A stretch of DNA of 64,000 nucleotides, taken from IMG/VR virus record IMGVR_UViG_3300006133_000005, positions 13,740 to 77,739 of that record, one strand, 5' to 3'. Below, in pieces: positions 28,301 to 36,049 of the stretch. The DNA is from a virus (taxonomy: Duplodnaviria; Caudoviricetes). A program made the position numbers and the translations under genes. The notes beneath the pieces were generated by a model, which worked only from the letters and a program-made list of their open reading frames with translations, had not been told where the DNA came from and made no database searches. The stretch's first letter is position 1. Each line of letters starts with the position of its first letter.

Positions 28301-29618
28301 CACCTACAAATGAGTTATGGGATTCAATCAGTCTATTAGAGTTTCCTGATATAAAGCTCGCATTACTGCTAACAGTAGTGTTTGACATACCATATATACT
28401 TGAAGAATTACAATCGACAACAATATTTGACTTACCACCTACTGATACATAAGAAGAACTTGTTACTTTATTTTGAGAACCACTTATATGATTTACATTA
28501 CCACCATTACAGTCATTTAACTCTCCCTCAATGTGACATAAAGTTCCATTGTTGTTTACATTCTTTTTACCCTCAATGTGAGAGCAATAACCAGTTCCTT
28601 TATTGTGCGAACCCTCGATATGCTGAGTCCAACCGTCCATAGCTGAATTACGCTCACCCTCAACATGAGTTCCTCTGTTAGCATTGTGGGACATATCACC
28701 CTCAGAATCATCAGAAGAAAATCCTGCATAATTTTCTACACCCTCAACATGACAAGCATCTGCTGTAGCTAAGTTATGTGCACCCTCAACATGACAAGCA
28801 GTACCTGTGGCTATATTGTCAGCATAAGGGTCGTTACCACTTGTATCAGGTGTCTCATAAAGATTAAATCTTTCAGCAGTTTTATCTCCTGTTACTTCAG
28901 AAAGCAAACTATCTTCTCTTGACCAATCCCTGCTGTCGGGGTTATATGCAGGTTGCCATAACTTAAAAGTTAATTCACTTGTATTCTGACCTACACCACC
29001 TGTCTGGATGCTGTTAATGACATTCCATATTTCGGTTATATCGGTGTCGTGCTCATCTTTAGTAACATAACCGTCTTTATTAATATTGACCTGGATGCTT
29101 GCAACTCCTGAGTGTATAATATATAAATCATAATTAATGATAGTAGGGTTGCTGTCAAAAGCGGGGAGGAGGTCATAGTCATCCTTTTCTGGTGTTGCCT
29201 CAGACTGTGCTACCATGTATGGTACTTCACCTACATCTTCTACCCCCTCTGTAATATCAATAAGCTTCATAAACACAATGACCTGTCTTACCTGTACGTC
29301 ATTACCCTCTGTCACAAGCTCATTAGAGAATCGAACTTTAATAAGACTTGAATCTGCATTTGATGTATTGCTCTTATCAGGGTCAAGAACACCACCGTCA
29401 GGATTAATACCCTCTTTGGGTTTGTAAATGTCACCCCAAATTTTTATTCCGTTAAGTGCTGTATTTAAGTTTAACTTTCTATTGTTTTCAATAGAATCAT
29501 AGGTACTACGAACACCAACTCTGGTAACAATCATTTTACCAAGGCCGACTTGTGCTTTTGAAAGCATAGTAAGTCCTGCATCTGTAAGCACAGCATTATC
29601 GGGTTTCCAGTTTGCCAT
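25386..29618 (-). CDS. Tail fibre / receptor-binding protein with beta-repeat shaft and C-terminal Peptidase G2-like autocleaving chaperone
   Basis: N-terminal LTDAG baseplate anchor; HxEG and G-x-x-N 14-residue repeats; C-terminal GADIAEWFEW...GIVS..P..VG...YIPRSQRPEW...GRL.V.DDG. Confidence 0.85.
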   Translation of the reverse strand: MANWKPDNAVLTDAGLTMLSKAQVGLGKMIVTRVGVRSTYDSIENNRKLNLNTALNGIKIWGDIYKPKEGINPDGGVLDPDKSNTSNADSSLIKVRFSNELVTEGNDVQVRQVIVFMKLIDITEGVEDVGEVPYMVAQSEATPEKDDYDLLPAFDSNPTIINYDLYIIHSGVASIQVNINKDGYVTKDEHDTDITEIWNVINSIQTGGVGQNTSELTFKLWQPAYNPDSRDWSREDSLLSEVTGDKTAERFNLYETPDTSGNDPYADNIATGTACHVEGAHNLATADACHVEGVENYAGFSSDDSEGDMSHNANRGTHVEGERNSAMDGWTQHIEGSHNKGTGYCSHIEGKKNVNNNGTLCHIEGELNDCNGGNVNHISGSQNKVTSSSYVSVGGKSNIVVDCNSSSIYGMSNTTVSSNASFISGNSNRLIESHNSFVGGESNEINTNSHICVIGYSNNVTMGCDFTFVSGSENSVHHSDGTSIFGKKNNVDYTNESIISGYSNTTNKSVTRSLVIGKSNTLTKDEYLESYSNAVMGESNVACDTHSSIISGSSNDVQQADESIISGTSNIIERPMFEGSKSKTYGIGRSFVTGHTNTISHTENSVVTGRTNNVKDYRPNNIPGEWLRSCNNVISGEANEITGIYSSVVTGFDNTISNIHDSFIGGQHNSVDGLNTPAGAVTNSVLVMGKHNSIENHQHSQVVFGHDNTVKGNISLTSGQNLISSSNLSVTLGKWNTEDTENKYAVVVGGGYNDENRKNILTLDWQGNLHVKNLYASGFKNEDGSDIEINGGLKLDGIANGTGTNSLIFGNLSANVANAENAVAMGDATEASGTNAVSMGAHTRASGNQSCAIGQASEALADYAFAAGNLSKAHGQATAVFNNNNIADSNSAGTFICGADNVADTDITSLVSGENNTVSNTVACFTSGDSNAVRYSQYSGVFGTTNTVNDSDNCIASGTNCSILNSDNNTVNGTQVSITSLSSNNIVSGNNVHANSTKNSLVLGTQGTTVQDIDSCIVSGKSTSVKQAEGSLIVGTNNQVGANYGLGGATNVPVDNTGVTFTGNTVVGNDNYIRSAKSQVFGRNNLVAGASNFLVGFANGCGYYFGSPSDPQDTIKNQTNNILLGSNNSSLGTNNTLIGKGLIDHSHYSGSFPTYSQDNPVTFASDGSTFLGKYNLINNANLNDRFFVIGCGTSEATSERANALSINNSGQIYTNNTINTTGADIAEWFEWEDANTNNEDRRGLFVTLVGDKITLADGNTPYVHGIVSARPSFVGNAYEDAWNKKYLTDVFGEILYEDKVIPAVTEKTINEDGREVEVIIEPEHTVKAPVINPDYDPNEEYIPRSQRPEWSYVSCCGRLVVVDDGTCQPNSYCRPKSGGIATASETGFRVMKRIDDTHILVWINRAVTFN

Positions 29619-29631
29619 TTAAGTAACCTCC

Positions 29632-30510
29632 TTATACTTTGGGTCGAATTGTTTTTTTAATAAATGTACTCTGAGAAATTGCGCTGTTTCTTCTGACTTT
29701 AATTGACCTATTTGGATTCACCTTATCTGCACTTCTTATAACCTTATGGGTGTTGCTGACAATAAAGTTAGCGTTATATCTTCCAACTCTATCAATATAG
29801 CTTATAACAAACACCACAGCAGAAGTGATGTAATAGGGTATCTGTGTATCAATAAACCTTTTTATAACTTTAGCGCTCATATTAAGGTTTTCAATCTGTT
29901 TTTGACTTTCTGCGAGCAGATAAACCCATAAAATTCTCGCTCTTGTGGTTCTGTCCTCATTAAACACTCTTTCATATTCAATGTCCACTGGCATTTCAGC
30001 TAATGTCTTTGCTATATATCTTACAACAGACTCAGTGCCTCTTCTCTTATAAATATCTCCTATATTACAAAGAAAAGTCCTAATGTAGTAGTACTCATCT
30101 CTATCATCACCTTTAGGTTTAGATATAAGGTCAGGAAACCACTTAATTCCCATACTTTCACAATAATACTGCAAAAACTGTGAGGGGCATTTTTCGGGGT
30201 CAACTAAGTCAAGAAGATTATCAATACCATATAGCTTAAGTTCATTACTGTTGATAAGGCTTGCATAACCTCCCTCTAACAATGACTGTAGGTATCTGTA
30301 CAAAGGCTTTCCTAAAGGCTCGTCAAAAGTTCTGTAGACTTCGGGAAGTTTGTGGTAGTACATAAAATCAGTAAGAGGGCTGTGTTTACCATACCCATCT
30401 TTATAGGGTAGCATTTTTGGCTTTGCATCTCTATAGGGAACTAAATACTTTTCAAGTAGTTCCCTATCAGATTCATTTTCTATATTGTGCCTCCCATACT
30501 TTTCTGCCAT
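29632..30510 (-). CDS. Baseplate wedge / tail protein I-like
   Basis: LLDLVDPEKCP..FL.Y...SMG; IYKRRGT; located after baseplate J. Confidence 0.7.
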   Translation of the reverse strand: MAEKYGRHNIENESDRELLEKYLVPYRDAKPKMLPYKDGYGKHSPLTDFMYYHKLPEVYRTFDEPLGKPLYRYLQSLLEGGYASLINSNELKLYGIDNLLDLVDPEKCPSQFLQYYCESMGIKWFPDLISKPKGDDRDEYYYIRTFLCNIGDIYKRRGTESVVRYIAKTLAEMPVDIEYERVFNEDRTTRARILWVYLLAESQKQIENLNMSAKVIKRFIDTQIPYYITSAVVFVISYIDRVGRYNANFIVSNTHKVIRSADKVNPNRSIKVRRNSAISQSTFIKKTIRPKV

Positions 30511-32306
30511 GTTATATCACCTCCACCTACATCAGTATTAGGTGAGGACTTCAAGTCTTGTTCAAAACCTCCTAATACTATTATAGTACCTATCTTTGGA
30601 ATAATCAAGTCCTTATTCACATAATCATATGTATTGGTGTGAATTTCCTCATTCTCATCTTTAGTCTCACCGGAAATATCAAAGCTTAAAAACCGTATTC
30701 CCTCAATCCCACTGTTGTCTATGATGTCATATGCAAGGTCTTGAAAGGAAACAATCTGACCAAAAGGTATGTTACCTATAAAGAAATAGTTCTTTAAATA
30801 CTTTTCAAGTTCCTCTGCTATAGACTCAGGGTCATAATAACTTCTCGCCATTAAGGTGTATTTTAAAGTAATAGGTGCATAGTTAGGATTGAAGAGATAT
30901 ATGTACCTTGTTCCAGATAATTTTCTTCCAGTGTCTAAAGTACCACTTTCAATGTTGGTGTAACTTACATTAGAGTTGAAAAACTCCACAATGTTATTAA
31001 ACACTGGTATTTTACTGTAAGTACTGTAATTATGTGGGTCTATTTTAAACTCACTTTCAAAATCTTCTGAAACATCTGTACCATCTTTGTCATTAAATAA
31101 AGGTTTCTCCTGAGAGTTTCCTGTTAAGCTTAACTGGTACTCTATTTCCGCATTTGTAAGGAGGTAAATATTTATATCATCAACCTCTGGTAATGTCCAA
31201 TCCTCAGATGCTTTCTGTGCTTCGGCATCTTTTATGTCAGGGAAGTAAGTCTTAACCACTCCTGCATAATCATCTGTAGTTAAAGCTCCCCAAATATTTC
31301 TGTGGGCAATAGGTGCATTAATCTTTATTTCTTCCAATGTCTCATTGTCATAACCATGTGTAATTTGTTCAACATTTCTTGTTTCTTTAACATAAGACAA
31401 AGCAGTTTCCATGTCTTTTATAGCACCAATACCTACATTACCAGACTCACCACCACCCACAAAGTAAGAACAAGTAATCGAACCTATAGGTATTTTACCA
31501 AAAATACCATTACCAAAAACAACACTTGTTTCATTGTAGTCATTGTTTTCAACCATATACACTTTACTGTCAGAGTCTGAACCTGCAAAGGTATTAACTC
31601 TCCTCCATGGTTCGAAACCTTTTCCCTCATCAACATATATCTTAAATGTGCTATCTATTAAAGCCGGAGCATAATTAAGACTGTATGTCTGACTTGGGGT
31701 TTCCTGAGTTAGTCCACTTACAAGTATCTCATTATTTACAGGTAACCCATGTATAACGTCTACATAACAACGATAATAAGGAGTTACAGAATTTCCTTGT
31801 TCATCTTCAGTAATTAGCACACCCTTATAATAAGGGTTTAAGTGGTACTTATCTGCTCTCCTAAAATTTTCAAATTTCTCATTTGCAACTACAGTAAAGT
31901 ATACTATGTTTTCTTGAATAGAACTGTATGTCTTTACCTTAGTTCCTACAGGGATAATGAACTCTTCCTTATTATCATAGTTGTCTACACTTATAAACTC
32001 TTGCTTATAGTGTGCGGCTGTAGCATATCTGGGTGTATACCCTAACATCTTGCAGAATTTAAGTATATTACTTCTCTGCTCCGCTGTAACAAGAAAACAC
32101 TCGTTTGCAATACTGTCCAAATAATAAGATAAAATATCAAGGCACATTGCATTAAGTTCCAAAATGACTACACCAGCATCAGACTGTCTAAGGTCGGTAT
32201 ACTCAGGCATAAGCTCTTTTAGCTTATTTATCATGAGTTGTCTAAATCCCTCATAGTCTCTTGTGGTATAATCAAGTCCTTTAATTACTTGTCGCATTAT
32301 TTTCAC
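30480..32306 (-). CDS. Baseplate J / T4 gp6-like wedge protein
   Basis: DYTTRDYEGFR, D..QSDAGVVILE, ANE.F..TA..R.NI, GGG..GNV, ALTTDDY. Confidence 0.88.
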   Translation of the reverse strand: MKIMRQVIKGLDYTTRDYEGFRQLMINKLKELMPEYTDLRQSDAGVVILELNAMCLDILSYYLDSIANECFLVTAEQRSNILKFCKMLGYTPRYATAAHYKQEFISVDNYDNKEEFIIPVGTKVKTYSSIQENIVYFTVVANEKFENFRRADKYHLNPYYKGVLITEDEQGNSVTPYYRCYVDVIHGLPVNNEILVSGLTQETPSQTYSLNYAPALIDSTFKIYVDEGKGFEPWRRVNTFAGSDSDSKVYMVENNDYNETSVVFGNGIFGKIPIGSITCSYFVGGGESGNVGIGAIKDMETALSYVKETRNVEQITHGYDNETLEEIKINAPIAHRNIWGALTTDDYAGVVKTYFPDIKDAEAQKASEDWTLPEVDDINIYLLTNAEIEYQLSLTGNSQEKPLFNDKDGTDVSEDFESEFKIDPHNYSTYSKIPVFNNIVEFFNSNVSYTNIESGTLDTGRKLSGTRYIYLFNPNYAPITLKYTLMARSYYDPESIAEELEKYLKNYFFIGNIPFGQIVSFQDLAYDIIDNSGIEGIRFLSFDISGETKDENEEIHTNTYDYVNKDLIIPKIGTIIVLGGFEQDLKSSPNTDVGGGDITWQKSMGGTI

Positions 32307-32679
32307 CCACCCTTACTTTATTACTGTATGTTGTATTGTACATTAAAACTTTAAAAGTTATTGAAGCATACACCTTGTTATTATCAGACTGTACATCCAC
32401 ACTTACTATTTCTATTCTGTCTTCAAGTGTGGTAAGTGCTTCCCTTATCTGGTGTTCAATCAAACACCTTGCACTCATGTCATTAGGTTCAAATATGTCA
32501 AGGTCTAAGTCCGACTTAAAATGGTACTCCATTCTTCTTTCTCTTGGTTTAGTAAGGAGGATTTGTTCTATAGCCTCTGTTATATGCGGAACGTCTGAAA
32601 TACTGGTGGAACTCATAGTGACTCCACCTATGCTGTTAATTCTAAAAGGAAAACTAATTCCTTTAAAACCAGATTGCAT
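32281..32679 (-). CDS. gp25/GPW-like baseplate wedge protein
   Basis: GISFPFR, IEQILLT..RER.M, L..FEP, EDRI. Confidence 0.88.
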   Translation of the reverse strand: MQSGFKGISFPFRINSIGGVTMSSTSISDVPHITEAIEQILLTKPRERRMEYHFKSDLDLDIFEPNDMSARCLIEHQIREALTTLEDRIEIVSVDVQSDNNKVYASITFKVLMYNTTYSNKVRVGENNATSN

Positions 32680-32691
32680 TTAGACACCTCC

Positions 32692-33501
32692 TTAAATCAT
32701 TTCCCATGAAGTCCAATTACCGTCTGGGTTATCTCTCATAGATTTAATAGTATTATTGTAAGAGTCTACATTAGAATCCATTCTACTATTAAGCTCATCA
32801 ACTTGGCGTTGTAATTCCCTAAGATTGCTGTCGATTTCAACTATTTTTGGTGATAAATTAGCAAGGTCATTCTTTATGCTATCAAGTGTGCTTGAAATAG
32901 CTTCCATTGCAGGATTGTATGCTGTATCAATAAAACTGTTAAGCATATCCGTCATTTCTTGTTTTGTGGCATTTATAAGGCTATAAACTTCTTTTGGAAA
33001 TTCATCAAAAATAAAATTCTTTCCTCTTATAATGTCATTTAAGTCTGAGATTTCGTCTATCGTTTTACTACCTATATAGTTAAGTCCAACCCATGTTGAA
33101 GTATCTATAGCAACAGTATAAGAATCATTTCCGTCCCTTAACTCAAAAATAAACTCTTTTTCTCCCATTCTTAAGACAGAGTTTTTAAACACTATGTACC
33201 GATAGTCTGTAGGATTTGCATTTTGGGTTAAAGGTGAACTGTTAATCTTGTACCAACCACCACCCCATATAGGCTTATCTACATCTCCCTCTTCAAATTC
33301 AACCCATATAGCTTCACTAACAGGAGGAACATAATAATCCCCTGCATAATCTGTAGCATAAGGAATGCAAGGCTCACACCAAGAGCTTAAATAATCACCT
33401 AAAACTGTTGGACATTGCACTCTTATACGACCTCTTCTTTCTGGGTCATTATTATCCATAACAATAGCTCGGTACTTACCAAGCCATTTAGTCTCAGCCA
33501 T
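32692..33501 (-). CDS. Baseplate spike (gp5/gpV/Vgr OB-fold) with C-terminal coiled coil
   Basis: GKYRAIV.DNNDPERRGRIRV.CP.V, P.V.E.IWVEFEEGD..KPIW.G. Confidence 0.85.
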   Translation of the reverse strand: MAETKWLGKYRAIVMDNNDPERRGRIRVQCPTVLGDYLSSWCEPCIPYATDYAGDYYVPPVSEAIWVEFEEGDVDKPIWGGGWYKINSSPLTQNANPTDYRYIVFKNSVLRMGEKEFIFELRDGNDSYTVAIDTSTWVGLNYIGSKTIDEISDLNDIIRGKNFIFDEFPKEVYSLINATKQEMTDMLNSFIDTAYNPAMEAISSTLDSIKNDLANLSPKIVEIDSNLRELQRQVDELNSRMDSNVDSYNNTIKSMRDNPDGNWTSWEMI

Positions 33502-33512
33502 ACTTCATCACC

Positions 33513-34400
33513 TCACGCTTGTTTTAAAAACTTTGTATAAGTCCAAGACCAAATAGGGTTAAGTCTTACTCTTGCTCCGTCTTCACTGATAGCATCAATA
33601 GTAAGGACTTGCTGTTTAACCCAATTTGGAACTCTAACTCCGTCATGCGCATTTGCGTATATAGCATCATCACCGACAATTTTAACTTTATCCCCAACCT
33701 TAAACTTATTGTTGACTGTGTTTTTGGATGTGTCCACTTTTTCAACTCTATTGTCCTGTGCGGGAGATTTAGCAGGAGGAACAGTACTTTTTAAGGTATC
33801 TCCAAATCCGTTCTTATACAAGGTAGCAGTCATGGAAAAACCATTATCTTTATCAATTTTACGCTTTATTTCAGCAATAAAATATAATCCTGATAAGTAC
33901 TTTCCAATACCTCTAAACTCTACTGTCTGTCCTGCCTTTAGCTTCATGTTGTTTTTAGTGGGTATTAATTCAACATCTCCAGTTAAGGTATTAAACTCGA
34001 CATCAATATATTCTTTTTCAGCATCAGTCTTACTATCTGTTGCGGCATCTTTTTCAGAGTTTACCGCTCCTGCTTGTGAAATAGCTCCACCAGAACCACC
34101 AGAAAATCCAAGACCAGAACCACCGTTAGACGTTGATAAATTGAGATTTAGACTATCTGTGCTAAAGGACATAGAGCCTTGCTCTGTCCACATTCCTAAA
34201 GCAGGATTATACATATAGGCAGTACTTAATGCTTTCTTTGCGGCCCAATCTTTTGAACCCCAGTTACCTGCATACCCATTTCCACCATAAGTTTCATAGA
34301 AACACTGTGCATCCCATGCTGAATTAATACTTCTTCTTGCTTTTTCTTTTTCTTCATAAAAGCATTTAGCATCCCATGCTGAATTAATAACAATTGCCAT
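33513..34400 (-). CDS. C-terminal half of the baseplate hub (gpD/gp27-like) with an SH3-like cell-wall-binding tail
   Basis: LKAGQTVEFRGIGKYLSGLYFI..I...I.K..GF....TL is the typical gpD C-terminus; FKVGDKVKI...IPNWV-type SH3 end; 20-aa tandem repeat at the N-terminus. Confidence 0.65.
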   Translation of the reverse strand: MAIVINSAWDAKCFYEEKEKARRSINSAWDAQCFYETYGGNGYAGNWGSKDWAAKKALSTAYMYNPALGMWTEQGSMSFSTDSLNLNLSTSNGGSGLGFSGGSGGAISQAGAVNSEKDAATDSKTDAEKEYIDVEFNTLTGDVELIPTKNNMKLKAGQTVEFRGIGKYLSGLYFIAEIKRKIDKDNGFSMTATLYKNGFGDTLKSTVPPAKSPAQDNRVEKVDTSKNTVNNKFKVGDKVKIVGDDAIYANAHDGVRVPNWVKQQVLTIDAISEDGARVRLNPIWSWTYTKFLKQA

Positions 34401-34410
34401 TGGCTACACC

Positions 34411-35289
34411 TCACTTCTTTACCCACTCTCTCTTAACAGGGTCATAAACCATATTAGATGTGTCGGACTTTTCAAGACTTGTGTCATTAAGAGCAGGAGA
34501 AGATGAAGTTTTAACACTCTCACCTTGTACGTCCCTGCTAACATTACCATCATTGGCTGTGTAGGACTCATAAGCCTTAGTATCAGTACTGATATTGGAC
34601 TTAGTTACCTCTTCTTGCTTTGTTTCCTTATTTATTTGAGGTGTAAAACTGATAACATCAAAAGGGTATGTTTTATACCCTATAGTAGTAGTGGGACTTT
34701 GTAACAATCCCTTTTTCTTATAAATTATTCTGCTGTCAACAATCTTGCACATAAAAGGTTCTCGCTCCTCTGTTGCAAGGTTTTCAAGGAACTCTATGTC
34801 TGTTTGGTTACTCTGTGATATAGTATCAATAGTAGCAAAAGTATACCCAGATTCAATATCAGTTGAAAAACCGTACTCCATAGCTACTTTCTTAACTACG
34901 TCTGCTCTTGTAACATTGTCCCAAGACCTGTCTTTTTTCTTTCTATTCATAAGGTGTGAATTGTCTAAACAAGTCACCGTGAGGGTAGGTGAACCCTCTT
35001 GTGGAAAAGATATATCAATAGCAGAAATGTAACCTGTGAAACTATGTCTGTCTATGTCCTCGTTGAATCCAAACCTGACAATTACCTTTGCTTCATCAAT
35101 GTAGATATTATCCTCTATAAAGATAAAGTCAGGGTCAGTGATATTTAGAGTACAAGTATCAGAACCGTCGCAGAGTTCATCAAATTCAATACTGTTTACA
35201 CAGGCTTTAGCACGCCCAACTATTTCTACGTTATTTACCCATAACTGAAAATATACGCTTGAAACATTGCTTTTACTTTCGTTACTCAC
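34411..35289 (-). CDS. Baseplate hub / late control D protein, N-terminal half
   Basis: DTCTLNI.DP, F.GYIS.I...FP..G.PTL.V.C.D, QSNQTDIEFL..LA. Confidence 0.8.
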   Translation of the reverse strand: MSNESKSNVSSVYFQLWVNNVEIVGRAKACVNSIEFDELCDGSDTCTLNITDPDFIFIEDNIYIDEAKVIVRFGFNEDIDRHSFTGYISAIDISFPQEGSPTLTVTCLDNSHLMNRKKKDRSWDNVTRADVVKKVAMEYGFSTDIESGYTFATIDTISQSNQTDIEFLENLATEEREPFMCKIVDSRIIYKKKGLLQSPTTTIGYKTYPFDVISFTPQINKETKQEEVTKSNISTDTKAYESYTANDGNVSRDVQGESVKTSSSPALNDTSLEKSDTSNMVYDPVKREWVKK

Positions 35290-35575
35290 TTACTCTTGTC
35301 ACCTCTTCAAAATCAGGTATCATAAGTACATCTCCGACCTCTATGTCAAGCTCAGACTGTAATTGTGGGTTGGCATCCATGATAGCCCAGTAAAGATTGG
35401 CATTACCATAAAACTTATAAGCTATTCCATCAATGCTGTCTCCCTGTACAACTGTGTAATACATTGAGTTTTCGGAATTAAATTTATACTTGTTTCTTAT
35501 GTCAAATATAAACTCTTGTCCTCTTCGAGCATACACAGGGGTATGTATGTAACGTGAACCTTTATGTATTGCCAT
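35282..35575 (-). CDS. LysM / tail protein X-like
   Basis: YTVVQGDSIDGIAYKFYGNANLYWAIMDAN...GDVLMIP. Confidence 0.88.
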   Translation of the reverse strand: MAIHKGSRYIHTPVYARRGQEFIFDIRNKYKFNSENSMYYTVVQGDSIDGIAYKFYGNANLYWAIMDANPQLQSELDIEVGDVLMIPDFEEVTRVSE

Positions 35576-35578
35576 TCA

Positions 35579-36037
35579 TCACACCTGCCTCAAGCTTAAA
35601 GTAAATGTTGCTTCATTCGGGAGTAAATCACTTGTAAAAGAGGTATAGGTTGTGGACAATGTGTCCACAACACAACTTCTAATAAAATTTCCCATAACAA
35701 ACAACATCTCATCAGGTTTAGTGTAGCCACTTGTATTTTCAGTGGGTGGTACAAACTTATTAAGAAAGTCTTCCCATGCTTTAACTTCACCGCTATATGG
35801 TTTGTCATAGATATAAAGTGGTACACTAAACGTCAGAATATTTCCTCGTACATACTGAGTAATAGGGTAGCTAAGTCCAGGTGAGGATATTTCAGAATAA
35901 GTTGCTCCTCTGTCAAAGCTTAACTCAGCAGGATTGAACATAAAGCTCTTTTTTACACCAGTACTCTTATTTTTAATATAACCCTTTGTCTTAGCACCTG
36001 CTGTATACTTATGTGATGTTACACTATAAACTGACAT
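35579..36037 (-). CDS. Tube initiator (CIS-tube / gpU-like)
   Basis: FMFNP.ELS..RGA.Y, QYVRG, follows the tape measure gene. Confidence 0.7.
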   Translation of the reverse strand: MSVYSVTSHKYTAGAKTKGYIKNKSTGVKKSFMFNPAELSFDRGATYSEISSPGLSYPITQYVRGNILTFSVPLYIYDKPYSGEVKAWEDFLNKFVPPTENTSGYTKPDEMLFVMGNFIRSCVVDTLSTTYTSFTSDLLPNEATFTLSLRQV

Positions 36038-36049
36038 ATAGTCACCTCC

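Noticed and set aside
25386-29618. Diversity-generating retroelement acting on the tail fibre
   Set aside because: No reverse transcriptase and no TR/VR pair differing at adenines were seen in the window.
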